From IMG/VR virus record IMGVR_UViG_3300027816_000055: a stretch of DNA of 64,000 nucleotides; one strand, 5' to 3'. Under the pieces are notes generated by a model that was not told the DNA's origin, ran no database searches, and saw only the letters and a program-made list of their open reading frames with translations. Shown here one piece after another: positions 17,935-28,088 of the stretch (the first letter of the stretch is position 1; each line of letters starts with the position of its first letter). This DNA comes from a virus. Both the position numbers and the translations under genes were made by a program.

Positions 17935-18861
17935 ATGACTACACAAGAACATCATACTATCTGGCCTGAAAAATATCGTCCTTCATCTTTGGATGAATAT
18001 GTAAGTAATCCAAATTTGATTGCTACAATTCGTAAATTTATTGATTCAAAGAACATCCCACATCTGTTATTTCATGGCACTGCGGGAACCGGCAAGACAA
18101 CCTTGGCAAAGCTGATTATCAAGAATGTTGAGTGCGATGCAATGTATATTAACGCATCGGACGAAAACAATGTTGATAACGTTCGTACAAAAATTAAAGA
18201 TTTTGCCTCAAATGTTGGATTTTCTGAATTGAAGATCATTATTTTGGACGAAGCAGATTATCTCACACACAATTCACAGGCGGCATTACGTAACATTATG
18301 GAGACGTATGCATTGACTACACGATTCATTCTAACCTGTAACTATATTGAAAAGATTAGTGAGCCATTGTATTCACGTTGTCAGTGTTTTGAAATTAGTC
18401 CTCTGCAAAAGAAAGATGTGGCAATCCATCTAAAAAATGTGTTGCATGCCGAAAACATACAGCACACAATGGAAGATTTGGGTTATATTGTTAACACATA
18501 TTATCCTGATATTCGTAAAGTGTTAAATTTTGCACAACAGAGCGTGTTGAATGGTGAGATTAAAATCGCAGAATTAAATTCGTCTTCATACAATACTAAA
18601 AATCAGCTTGTTGAGATTTTGAAGTCGGAATCCAACGCTGCCACCGGATTCAATAAAATTAGACAGTTGATTGCAGATAGTGGTATTCGTCACTATGAAG
18701 AATTGTATCAAACTTTATTTGATCGTGTTGATGATTATGCACCAAAACAGCAATCGGCAGCGATTTTGGTTGTGGCAGAGTATTTGTATCAAAGCAGCAT
18801 GATTGTGAATAAAGAAATTGCCTTCATGGCGTGTATTGCAAAACTTCTAGAAATACTATGA
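17935..18861 (+). CDS. clamp loader ATPase (T4 gp44 / RFC small-subunit-like)
   Basis: WPEKYRP, LLFHGTAGTGKTT, INASD, ILDEADYLT, SRC motif. Confidence 0.95.
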   Translation: MTTQEHHTIWPEKYRPSSLDEYVSNPNLIATIRKFIDSKNIPHLLFHGTAGTGKTTLAKLIIKNVECDAMYINASDENNVDNVRTKIKDFASNVGFSELKIIILDEADYLTHNSQAALRNIMETYALTTRFILTCNYIEKISEPLYSRCQCFEISPLQKKDVAIHLKNVLHAENIQHTMEDLGYIVNTYYPDIRKVLNFAQQSVLNGEIKIAELNSSSYNTKNQLVEILKSESNAATGFNKIRQLIADSGIRHYEELYQTLFDRVDDYAPKQQSAAILVVAEYLYQSSMIVNKEIAFMACIAKLLEIL

Positions 18862-19058
18862 AAATGGATAAAAAACTAACTGAGATAGTATCGTATTTTT
18901 CAAAATACGCATGGTATGATAATGCATACGCTACCACATATAAAAATGAATATGTAATCATCGTAAAAAAATATCCTTATAGCGACGATCACTTATTCAG
19001 TGAATACGAAAAAAATAAAAAAGTTAGAATTAGAACACACGTATTGGGAGGAAAATGA
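18858..19058 (+). CDS. hypothetical protein
   Basis: ATGA-coupled to both neighbours. Confidence 0.5.
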   Translation: MKMDKKLTEIVSYFSKYAWYDNAYATTYKNEYVIIVKKYPYSDDHLFSEYEKNKKVRIRTHVLGGK

Positions 19059-19594
19059 ATATTTTAAATAAAACCAAGGTTTATCTTGCAGGCAATCTTG
19101 AAAATGCAAATTCAAGCACTAATACATGGAGAGATTATGTTAAAAATGAATTAAATTCGTTAAATATAACATTTCTTTCTCCGTTAGAGCGAATGTTTAC
19201 AGATGATATGCCTGAAGATGAAAGTAATCAGCGCACAGTAAAAATGCTACGTGCAAATGGGGAATTTGATGTCTTGCATGAGCATATGAAGAAAATAATT
19301 CGTAAAGATTTGCGATTGGTTGATGTATCGGATTTTTTCATCTTTAATTTTGATATAAAAAATCCTACATATGGTACAATGCATGAACTTGTATTGGCAA
19401 GTCAGCAACGCAAACCTGTTTTTATTAGTGTAGGTGATAAACGCCAGTGTCCACTATGGATTATGGGATTATTTAACCACAAGTACATTTACAACAATGT
19501 AGAAGAAATAGTTGATGTATTGAAAAGAATTGATAGTGGTGAAATTGAAATTAATAACAGTCGTTGGAGATTATTGAAGCCTGAATTTCGATAA
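19055..19594 (+). CDS. nucleoside 2-deoxyribosyltransferase-like / nucleotide N-glycosidase-like protein
   Basis: KVYLAG...WRD...FLSP...DLRLVDVSD...TYGTMHELVLA...KPVF. Confidence 0.75.
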   Translation: MNILNKTKVYLAGNLENANSSTNTWRDYVKNELNSLNITFLSPLERMFTDDMPEDESNQRTVKMLRANGEFDVLHEHMKKIIRKDLRLVDVSDFFIFNFDIKNPTYGTMHELVLASQQRKPVFISVGDKRQCPLWIMGLFNHKYIYNNVEEIVDVLKRIDSGEIEINNSRWRLLKPEFR

Positions 19595-19603
19595 ATATAT
19601 TAA

Positions 19604-19623
19604 ACGGATTATCAATGATCCGT
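19604..19623 (+). terminator. small hairpin at the end of the replication operon
   Basis: ACGGAT-tatcaatg-ATCCGT; only a weak T-tract follows. Confidence 0.35.
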
Positions 19624-19645
19624 ATATTTATAAGAAATTGTTATA

Positions 19646-21700
19646 ATGGATACGTCAAAATTTAATCTATTACCAGAGAGAATATTATCAATTCCAGATA
19701 AAAGAATTGCATATATAAGCGCAATTGGCACAAGTGGATATGCTACTGCGGCAAAGGGGTATATTTACAATCATGTAAAAAACAAAGACTATGTGCAATG
19801 GTTACAATATGACATTGCTAGTACAACGCCATTAAATGAAAATACTAATTTTGATTTATATATATCCAAATCAAAAAAAGTAATACTGTCAACTCCATCC
19901 ACAATTATAGTTCATTCCATACCTTTAGTATGGAATGAACTTATTTCTAACAGTAAATTTAACATTACTGATAAAACACAGATTATTGGAAGAACCGTTT
20001 GGGAGTTTGAAAAAGTACATCCTGATTGGATTGATAGTATTAATAACAGTGTTGTAACTCATGTTAGCGTTCCCACTGAATGGAATAAAAATATATTTTT
20101 AAAGGCAGGTATATTTAAGCCTATTATTGTTGAACCGCATATATTTGTTGACTTTCAAAATCAATTATATACGATTGAACACTTACTAAAGAAAAGTGTA
20201 GTTTTAATAAAATCTGACATTAAATTGTTAAATATAAAAGATTATTATAAATTCTATTGTATAGAACAATTGACAGATAGAAAGAATTTAATTGCAACAT
20301 TGCATTCTTATTGTAAAGCATTTAAATCAACTGACAAAGTTGCACTATTTTTAAAAACATTTAGATCAAATTATTCAATACAAGAACAAGTCGAGTGTGC
20401 TAAATATTTAAATGAATTATCTGCTCAATATCCCGATCACGCACCTATTGTATATATTAAAGAACAATTAAATCATGATGAAGTACACAGTATGCATTAT
20501 CATTTTGATTGTTATGTAAGTTTAACTCACACTGAAGGATTTGGTCTTAGCATTTATGACGCATATAAACACAATAAAAATCTTATTGTAACTGGATATG
20601 GAGGTCACGTTGAATATTTAGGAGAAAATTATTCGGGATTGGTCAGATATAACACATCCCCAGTAAATTCATACATAACTCAAAAACATTATTTAAATGA
20701 AGATTATGTATGGGCTAATGCTGATGAAAATCATGCAATTGAACTGATGCAGAACGCGTATCAGAATGGAATGGAATCAGAAAAATATTGTGTATCAAAT
20801 TTTACATTAAATAATAATTCCATACCAATTCAAATTCAAAATTCAAATGTTAAGTTGTTAAACTTACCATATGATGCAAATAATTTTTATTTTAATCCAG
20901 CAATATTTAAATTTAATAATAATAAATATTTGATGACTAGATATTGCCATATTGATGAAGATAAAATTCCACATAACACGTTAAAATTATTTAACTTAAA
21001 TGAAGGAATAAAAGAAATTCCGTTAAAAATTAAAGATGAAGTTCAAGACGAACAATATGAAGATCCAAGAGTATTAATTCATCAAAATAAAATTTATGTG
21101 GGATGTGCAAATTATCAATTACATGTTTCTGAAAAGATACATCAAAAAATATTAGTATTTGATAGTGCGTTTAATCATATTGAAAATATTCATCCTGTAT
21201 ATGACGGTAATTCATCTAATTGTTTAAGTAATACTCGTTCCCAAAAAAATTGGACATATTTTGTACATGATGATAAAATTCTATGTGTGTATCAAATGCA
21301 TCCACACACAGTTATAGAATTTGATAACACCGGTCGTATATTGACTGAATACAAAACTTTTGTTGATATTACTAAAACATGGCGCTTTGGAGAACCGCGC
21401 ATGGGCAGTAATCCAATTCTGAAAGATGGTATATACTATAATTTCTTTCATAGTAGCGTTCCTTGGAAAAATCCTAAACGACAATATTTTATGGGATATT
21501 ATACATTTGAAGCTAAACCTCCATTTAAAATTATTGAAATCTCAAAGGAGCCTATTATTTGGGGAAATGAATCGGATTTTAGATTTTTACCAAATTTTAA
21601 TCCAATTGTTGTATTTCCATGTGGAGCTATTTATGAAGATAATAGTTTTTATGTTAGTTTTGGATTTAATGACGAAAAGACAGGAATTATAAAATTATGA
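19646..21700 (+). CDS. fusion of GT4-like glycosyltransferase and five-bladed beta-propeller glycoside hydrolase/phosphorylase (GH130-like)
   Basis: N-half has GRTVWE, RKNL, SLTHTEGFGLSIYDA; C-half has FYFNPAI, YEDPRV, QKNW, VVFPCGAI, YVSFGFND. Confidence 0.78.
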   Translation: MDTSKFNLLPERILSIPDKRIAYISAIGTSGYATAAKGYIYNHVKNKDYVQWLQYDIASTTPLNENTNFDLYISKSKKVILSTPSTIIVHSIPLVWNELISNSKFNITDKTQIIGRTVWEFEKVHPDWIDSINNSVVTHVSVPTEWNKNIFLKAGIFKPIIVEPHIFVDFQNQLYTIEHLLKKSVVLIKSDIKLLNIKDYYKFYCIEQLTDRKNLIATLHSYCKAFKSTDKVALFLKTFRSNYSIQEQVECAKYLNELSAQYPDHAPIVYIKEQLNHDEVHSMHYHFDCYVSLTHTEGFGLSIYDAYKHNKNLIVTGYGGHVEYLGENYSGLVRYNTSPVNSYITQKHYLNEDYVWANADENHAIELMQNAYQNGMESEKYCVSNFTLNNNSIPIQIQNSNVKLLNLPYDANNFYFNPAIFKFNNNKYLMTRYCHIDEDKIPHNTLKLFNLNEGIKEIPLKIKDEVQDEQYEDPRVLIHQNKIYVGCANYQLHVSEKIHQKILVFDSAFNHIENIHPVYDGNSSNCLSNTRSQKNWTYFVHDDKILCVYQMHPHTVIEFDNTGRILTEYKTFVDITKTWRFGEPRMGSNPILKDGIYYNFFHSSVPWKNPKRQYFMGYYTFEAKPPFKIIEISKEPIIWGNESDFRFLPNFNPIVVFPCGAIYEDNSFYVSFGFNDEKTGIIKL

Positions 21701-22902
21701 TCGCCGATTTTATTCTTGGAATAATTACATACAATCGATATGACTATTTAGATGACCTATTAAACACTTTGCAAGATCAATCAATCTTGCCTAAAGAAAT
21801 AATCATATCTGATAACGGAATTGGATATACATTGAAAAAAAATATAAACATACCCGTTACTATTATTAAAAATGCGTATAACTATGGAACGTGTAGAGCA
21901 CTAAATCAAATAATAAAAATTGCATCGGGTCAAACGATAATGTTTATATGCGATGATATCTATTTTACATCAAATGATTCATTAAAAAGTATATATGATA
22001 AATTTAATAAAAATCTAAAAGAAGATAATATACATTTAATATGGTGTAATCATTGGGCAGCTTTCATCGCTTCACCAGCTTGGATTGAAAAAACCGGATA
22101 TTTTGATGAGAATATATGGCCATGTTATTTTGAAGATTCTGATATGGTTGAAAGAATTAGAAAAAAACAAAATAATAATATATCTCATAATTGTATCGGA
22201 TTTAAATCGGTTAGAATGATAAACAATTTTGAAGAAACAGAAGTACTCGGTAATAAACGGGGCACTGCGGAGCCACTGATAACAACTAAATTTTCAGATT
22301 TCAAAGATCGTAACTTATTTTATTTTTTGTATAAGTGGAAAAATACATTTAATCTAAATGAAGATATGCATTTGAATACAAAACATTTTTATGTGGAACA
22401 ATCCGATGTAGATTTGTTTGATTTTGAAAGACAATATCTTAATAATCAAATCTCTTCAGTAAATATACACAATCCACAAAACAATGCCGTTGGTTTTTTT
22501 GATGAAATAATCGATCTTAAAAAATATAATATTCAAAATATTATCGAGTATAAAACTGATAGAGCATATATTTCTAGAATTTTACTACATCTTAAACCAC
22601 TTCAGTTCACAACAATACGAGATGAACCACAATTACAACATGATATTTTACATCACTTAAATTATTTATTTAATTATAAAATTAACATTATATTCAAAGA
22701 TAGTAAAATATTAGACGATATTAATTATGAAAATTATGATTTATTAGTATTAAACAATCAACAAGTTCCATCAAATATCAAAGATATAAAATATATTTTA
22801 TATTTTTCAAATAATGACAATTTAATTATAAGCAATTACAAAAAAACAATAATTAAAAAAAATGTAAATAACACATACATGATATTTTTTGAAAAAATAT
22901 GA
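21697..22902 (+). CDS. glycosyltransferase family 2 with C-terminal extension
   Basis: IITYNR, IISDNG, FICDD, GYFDENIWPCYFEDSD. Confidence 0.8.
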   Translation: MIADFILGIITYNRYDYLDDLLNTLQDQSILPKEIIISDNGIGYTLKKNINIPVTIIKNAYNYGTCRALNQIIKIASGQTIMFICDDIYFTSNDSLKSIYDKFNKNLKEDNIHLIWCNHWAAFIASPAWIEKTGYFDENIWPCYFEDSDMVERIRKKQNNNISHNCIGFKSVRMINNFEETEVLGNKRGTAEPLITTKFSDFKDRNLFYFLYKWKNTFNLNEDMHLNTKHFYVEQSDVDLFDFERQYLNNQISSVNIHNPQNNAVGFFDEIIDLKKYNIQNIIEYKTDRAYISRILLHLKPLQFTTIRDEPQLQHDILHHLNYLFNYKINIIFKDSKILDDINYENYDLLVLNNQQVPSNIKDIKYILYFSNNDNLIISNYKKTIIKKNVNNTYMIFFEKI

Positions 22903-23813
22903 ATATCGGATATTTCTTCATGAATGCAAACAGCATCGGCGACACTGTTGCTGGTGCTCGACTATTTTTTGCATTATATCACTACGCACAGTTAAAACAA
23001 TTAAGAAAGATTGCAATATTGCATATTGCAAATCAAATAGAGTTGAAACTTACGTGCGAAGGCCAGATTGATTCAACATGGGCAATTTATACAGAACTAC
23101 TGACATTGTATAAAAAAGCGAATATTTTGGATGATTTTACATATATTTGCGGTATATCCGATGAAATAAAAGATAATCCGTCAAGTAGACAAAAGATAGA
23201 AGACACGATTAAACATTATTTCTCTAAAAGAAATGCGTCAATTGAATGTATGTTAGATAATAAACTAGAACTTTGGAATCATTTCCATTCTATTATTAGT
23301 AGTGATGCTATAATTAAATTTTATCAAGAGCGATTTGCTTTCTTGAAAGAGGATATCACAGAAAATTATAATATAGTGCAGTATTGTAGTCATCATTATT
23401 CACCGCATCACGTTGATAAATTTGCAAAATGTCATAAACGAATATCATTCTCAAATTTAACAAATTGGATTGAATCAAATAATATAATTGTTAATAAATT
23501 TGTTGGCAGCACTATAGATTATGATTTGACACAACGCTGTATTGAAAAGCTTCAGCCATTATATCCAAACAAAATATTCATAAATATGTGCGGCGATCTT
23601 TATTTAGAAGACACATTTAAACAAATATACAACGCTTCCAATGTTTTATCAACCGAAAGCTTTGCCGGACTATTGGGTGGTGTATTTAATAAACCTAGTA
23701 TTATTTATTTTAGACATGAACTAGTACAAACACTACTTAACTTTAAAAGTGGTCTAGATTTATTTCCTAATTTAACTATGAAATTAGATAATGTTTTAAC
23801 AGAGAATGATTGA
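22899..23813 (+). CDS. putative glycosyltransferase, GT9-like
   Basis: C-terminal INMCGDLYLEDTFKQIYNASNVLSTESFAGLLGGVFNKPSI resembles the GT9 NLxGxTSL...DS...AAA..xPTV motif. Confidence 0.5.
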   Translation: MNIGYFFMNANSIGDTVAGARLFFALYHYAQLKQLRKIAILHIANQIELKLTCEGQIDSTWAIYTELLTLYKKANILDDFTYICGISDEIKDNPSSRQKIEDTIKHYFSKRNASIECMLDNKLELWNHFHSIISSDAIIKFYQERFAFLKEDITENYNIVQYCSHHYSPHHVDKFAKCHKRISFSNLTNWIESNNIIVNKFVGSTIDYDLTQRCIEKLQPLYPNKIFINMCGDLYLEDTFKQIYNASNVLSTESFAGLLGGVFNKPSIIYFRHELVQTLLNFKSGLDLFPNLTMKLDNVLTEND

Positions 23814-24423
23814 TAATTATATACAATTAAACAATAAACTTATAAAACAAAATATTGTAAATAAAATTACAAAAGAATATTTTGATTATTATAATAAAAT
23901 TAGAACATCTAGTTTACAGATAAGCTATTTGCGTCTTGGATTTTTACTTGGAAATTTAAACTTTATTCCAAAATCATTATTGGATGTTGGATATGGTAAT
24001 GGTGATTTTTTAACAGTTAGTGCCGATATAATAGAAAACTGTTATGGATATGATGTATCAAACTATCCGGCACCAAATAAAATTAAAAAGATAAATTCAT
24101 TGTATGAAAATACATTTGATGTCGTAACGTTGTTTGACGTATTAGAGCATTTTGATGATGTATACGATATAAAAAATATTAAAACGAAATATTATCTAAT
24201 ATCAGTACCAGAATGTCATTATTTTTCTGACGATTGGTTTTTTAATTGGAAGCACCGAAAACCAAATGAACATATATGGCATTTTAACAAAACTTCGTTA
24301 GAAAACTTTATGAATGAAATAAATTTTGATCTAGTAAAATATTCAAATATAGAAGATGTCATTCGTAAACCAGTGGATGGTAATACAAATATTTTAACCG
24401 GATTATTTAAAAATAAGTTATGA
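23806..24423 (+). CDS. class I SAM-dependent methyltransferase
   Basis: LLDVGYGNG, DVVTLFDVLEHF, EHIWHF. Confidence 0.85.
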   Translation: MIDNYIQLNNKLIKQNIVNKITKEYFDYYNKIRTSSLQISYLRLGFLLGNLNFIPKSLLDVGYGNGDFLTVSADIIENCYGYDVSNYPAPNKIKKINSLYENTFDVVTLFDVLEHFDDVYDIKNIKTKYYLISVPECHYFSDDWFFNWKHRKPNEHIWHFNKTSLENFMNEINFDLVKYSNIEDVIRKPVDGNTNILTGLFKNKL

Positions 24424-25028
24424 TAAATTATAATTTAGTAAAAGGTATAGAAGGGTGGTGTAGCACTGAAAAAATGACAAAAATGACAAGTCTTATATTA
24501 GCTACCAAACCACAACGTGTAGTAGAAATAGGTGTTTTTTATGGAAAATCTTTAATATGTCAAGCATTGGCAATGAAGAAAAACAAAATCGGAAAAATAT
24601 ATGGAATTGATTCATGGAATCCAATAGATTGCTTAATGCATATGACAAATGAAAATGACATTAAATGGTGGAGTTCATTAAACTATGACATGATTTATGA
24701 TCAATGTATAACGAATATAAGAGAATCTGAAACAGAACATTTCGTACATATTTTAAAAGATAATTCGATGAATGTCGCTAATAATATAAATTTTCCTATA
24801 GACATCCTTCATATTGATGGAAATCACGAAGCATTATCAGCGTGTCAAAACGTTTCATTATATGTACCAAAAATAAAATCTGGTGGATTTTTATGGTTTA
24901 ATGACGCCGATTGGGAACAAAGTAAAAAAGCAATCGAATTAATAGAACAAAACTTTAAATTACAATTAATTGATAAAGCCAAATCGGATGATATTAATAA
25001 TCATTGTAACCTATATATTAAATTATAA
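24420..25028 (+). CDS. class I SAM-dependent methyltransferase (Methyltransf_24-like)
   Basis: VVEIGVFYGKS, IDILHIDGNHE, GGFLWFND. Confidence 0.85.
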   Translation: MINYNLVKGIEGWCSTEKMTKMTSLILATKPQRVVEIGVFYGKSLICQALAMKKNKIGKIYGIDSWNPIDCLMHMTNENDIKWWSSLNYDMIYDQCITNIRESETEHFVHILKDNSMNVANNINFPIDILHIDGNHEALSACQNVSLYVPKIKSGGFLWFNDADWEQSKKAIELIEQNFKLQLIDKAKSDDINNHCNLYIKL

Positions 25029-25900
25029 TGAATAATTACATTACAAAAATAACAGCGGGATATCCATATAACGATTTTAATTTTTATATTGGTGATGAAA
25101 CTGGAAAAGCATGGTATGATGATGTTGTTATTTACAAAACAACAGATCCATATCCAGTTCATGTGAGTTTGAAAAAAAATGAAAATTACAAATCATATAT
25201 TTCTTTTGAATTAATTTTATGTACTTTGTTTTTTTATAATAAAATAAATTTCAAAGATCATTTGTATGCAAATAAAAACACAAATAATTATTTAATTGAC
25301 CTTTATCAAAAACTCAATAATATTGATAATACGTACAATAAACTGGATACAATTATTGATGTTGGAGCACATCATGGATTCTATTCATTAAATTATTCAT
25401 CAATTTCTAAAAAGGTAATTGCAATCGAACCGTATATAAAAAATTTTGCAATACTACAAAAAAATCTTGAAATTAATAATATAAATAATATTTTTGCATA
25501 CAATTATTATATTACAAATCAAAGAAATAATTTATCATTTACTAATTTGGATAAATTTAAATTTTGCAATGAAAATTTTGAAAGTTGTGATTGTATAACT
25601 AAAACACTAGATGATTTATTGCCATATTGTTCTAATAATATGTTAATTAAATTAGACACTGAAGGAGAAGAAGTAAAAATTTTAGAGCAATCACAACAAG
25701 TAATAAAACAATACAAACCTAATTTTTTAATTGAGTTACACTCAACGTGTCTTGAAGATTTGAATGATATTAAAAAGTATATTCCTGTTAAAAATTATGA
25801 GATTGTAAAAATTAACAAATATACATTTTATCCCGAATTATCAACTGAAAATGACAATTATAATAATTGTGGATATCTATTTTGCCGAGCATTAATATGA
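25028..25900 (+). CDS. FkbM-family methyltransferase
   Basis: IDVGAHHGFYS, AIEP, TLDD, LIKLDTEGEE, IELH. Confidence 0.88.
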   Translation: MNNYITKITAGYPYNDFNFYIGDETGKAWYDDVVIYKTTDPYPVHVSLKKNENYKSYISFELILCTLFFYNKINFKDHLYANKNTNNYLIDLYQKLNNIDNTYNKLDTIIDVGAHHGFYSLNYSSISKKVIAIEPYIKNFAILQKNLEINNINNIFAYNYYITNQRNNLSFTNLDKFKFCNENFESCDCITKTLDDLLPYCSNNMLIKLDTEGEEVKILEQSQQVIKQYKPNFLIELHSTCLEDLNDIKKYIPVKNYEIVKINKYTFYPELSTENDNYNNCGYLFCRALI

Positions 25901-26580
25901 ACAAATTACCAAAAATATTCTGTTTAACTTTAAAAAGCACCCCAAAGCGAAAAGAATACGCTGAATCCCATTTTAAAAAACATAATGTTGATGTTGAATT
26001 TTTTGAAGGATTCGATGGTCCATTATCCGGATTAAGAACAACAATACCATTTACGGAACACGACAAAGAGATATTTATAAGACAAGGTCGTATCGGATGT
26101 ATTTTATCTCATTATATGTTATGGAAAACAATATGGCACAGCTCATATGATGAAGTTTTAATTCTAGAAGATGACGCACAACTGGTAGATAATTTCACCG
26201 AAAAATTCCTAGAAATAAAATCCAGATTGCCGAATGATTGGCAATATGTGTTTGTTGGACATTGTTGTTTACCACAAATGGAACACAATACTATTATATC
26301 AGATGGAATAATATATCCAATACATCCCCCGATGTGTACACATGCTTATATGATTAAAAAATCAAGTATACCAACACTGATAGATACCAATAGTCAAATC
26401 CAAGCGGCAGTTGATGTTCAAATACAATTAAAATCATTAAAACAATTAAAACATTACGTTTTAAATCCTCCATTAGTAAATCAAATGTCGTTACTTCAGC
26501 AACAAAATCCTGAATTATTTGATAACAATGATAAAACATTTGCATCTTTAACATTGGATGCAAATTTTGAATCATACTAA
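25897..26580 (+). CDS. glycosyltransferase family 25
   Basis: IFCLTLKSTPKR, FFEGFDG, GRIGCILSHYMLW, LILEDDA, CTHAYMI. Start set at ATG 25897 (ATGA coupling). Confidence 0.88.
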   Translation: MNKLPKIFCLTLKSTPKRKEYAESHFKKHNVDVEFFEGFDGPLSGLRTTIPFTEHDKEIFIRQGRIGCILSHYMLWKTIWHSSYDEVLILEDDAQLVDNFTEKFLEIKSRLPNDWQYVFVGHCCLPQMEHNTIISDGIIYPIHPPMCTHAYMIKKSSIPTLIDTNSQIQAAVDVQIQLKSLKQLKHYVLNPPLVNQMSLLQQQNPELFDNNDKTFASLTLDANFESY

Positions 26581-26657
26581 AACTATTCACTTTAGATTCA
26601 ACATTCTATGACAAGTCATTTGAATCTTTTTCTAATTTAAATAAAAAGTATTTTTTA

Positions 26658-27365
26658 CTATCCTATAATATTAATATTTTTAATACCAGTAGCATGTGCA
26701 TTCAAATGCAATAATTTTACTGGATTTTTATTCTCCTTTTCATAAATAAATGGAGGATGTGTATATCCTGAATGTAATAATTTGCAAGGATTATTTAAAA
26801 TGTATTTATTAAAATGAGACTCGTCATGCCATATAGCGATATAATTATTTTTTAAATCTTTATTAATATTTTCATTCAATTCCATAGTCATTTTAATAAA
26901 AGATTGTGCATTCGATCCAAAAAAACAAGCCTGACAATATTTTCCATATAGCATATCCGTAACTTCTACATATGCGGTTGAATTTATATTTGTTTCATAT
27001 GTTCCGGTAGAATTTTCTAAATAAAAGTGTTTTGCCGCAACAATTTCATTATTAACGGGTAATATTTCTTCTGTGATAGTGGTATGTACCAACATATCGC
27101 AATCAATATAATAAATATAATCAAATGTTTGTAATAGACTTGATATACTATTAAAATAAAAAAATCTCATTAAAGTGGTAATTGGCCATGGTAAACAATT
27201 GATTTTAATAGTGTTTGTATTTATATAATTTATATCTTTATCTGTAAATACAAATAAAGTTTTATCGTGATCTGGTAGAAACTTTAAAAATATACTTCTG
27301 TGCAATGGTTCTAAAAATGAAATATATTTATCAGTTGCAATCGTTAATATTGCTATTTTTGCCAT
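26658..27365 (-). CDS. glycosyltransferase family 6 (ABO / alpha-1,3-Gal(NAc) transferase-like)
   Basis: IAILTIATDKY, WPITTLMRF, YYIDCDM, ETNINSTAYV, IWHDESHFNKY. Confidence 0.9.
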   Translation of the reverse strand: MAKIAILTIATDKYISFLEPLHRSIFLKFLPDHDKTLFVFTDKDINYINTNTIKINCLPWPITTLMRFFYFNSISSLLQTFDYIYYIDCDMLVHTTITEEILPVNNEIVAAKHFYLENSTGTYETNINSTAYVEVTDMLYGKYCQACFFGSNAQSFIKMTMELNENINKDLKNNYIAIWHDESHFNKYILNNPCKLLHSGYTHPPFIYEKENKNPVKLLHLNAHATGIKNINIIG

Positions 27366-28084
27366 AATTTAAAATTGTTTAATTGTGATTTGTAAGTATC
27401 ATAATACCATCCAGTGAAATGATAAATATATCCTTCCATAGTTTTTGAATTTAATGGCGGATCAATATAATTCCATTCTTTAGAAATATGTATCAGTTTA
27501 TCATTCAAATAATACATAGTAGTATAGTTTAACAATGCCTGTTCAACTTGATGAATTCGTGGATACGGATCTTGTATCAACGACAATGCTTTGATCATAT
27601 GATCGAATAAATACAAATGTTTTTGTGGAGTAAATAAGAACATTCCAGCATTAAAAAAATTATCGTTGTATATTTGATACTCTAAATTGACATTTAATAC
27701 GCGTTTACATTCGTTATACCAAGGTCTACAAAGTTGATTGTTTTTGAAATCCTGTTTGATTTCATCTGAAAGAAATGTCTGCTGCATGTCTTTGACAACA
27801 TAAAAATAATCCGTGTCGTTGAAAATATCAAAGGGATTTGGTGAATCGTGTTTTATCAACACATCAGTATCAAGATACATACATCTATCAAAATTTAATG
27901 TTTGATATGGTAAGTATAATTTTGTAAACATATCATGAAATCTACTTGGTTGAAGTGGAGTTTCTATGCGTAGATATTTACAATTCCAATTTGCACATGC
28001 ACATTTAATACTTTCTTCAACATTTGAAGAAACGATATGTGGATTATTTTTTGTATTAAATGATACAATACAATTCATAAACAT
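27353..28084 (-). CDS. glycosyltransferase family 8-like
   Basis: MYLDTDVLI, FNAGMFLF, EQALLNY, WNY, IYHF. Confidence 0.8.
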   Translation of the reverse strand: MFMNCIVSFNTKNNPHIVSSNVEESIKCACANWNCKYLRIETPLQPSRFHDMFTKLYLPYQTLNFDRCMYLDTDVLIKHDSPNPFDIFNDTDYFYVVKDMQQTFLSDEIKQDFKNNQLCRPWYNECKRVLNVNLEYQIYNDNFFNAGMFLFTPQKHLYLFDHMIKALSLIQDPYPRIHQVEQALLNYTTMYYLNDKLIHISKEWNYIDPPLNSKTMEGYIYHFTGWYYDTYKSQLNNFKLWQK

Positions 28085-28088
28085 ATAT

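Noticed and set aside
14560-18861. Giant eukaryotic virus (NCLDV) or archaeal origin suggested by PolB, clamp, RFC-like loader and many GTs
   Set aside because: T4-like gp6/gp25 baseplate genes, sigma70 promoters and coupled operons indicate a tailed bacteriophage.
21835-25179. Other A8/T8 runs in glycan genes (e.g. 21835-21842, 25172-25179) as phase-variable sites
   Set aside because: They keep the reading frame, and such runs are common throughout this AT-rich window; only read-level data could implicate them.
26578-26660. Gap after GT25 reads like a degenerate repeat of its C-terminus (TLDSTFYDKSFES vs DKTFASLTLDANFES)
   Set aside because: It is out of frame with the stop, short and low in complexity; not enough to call read-through or a duplication.
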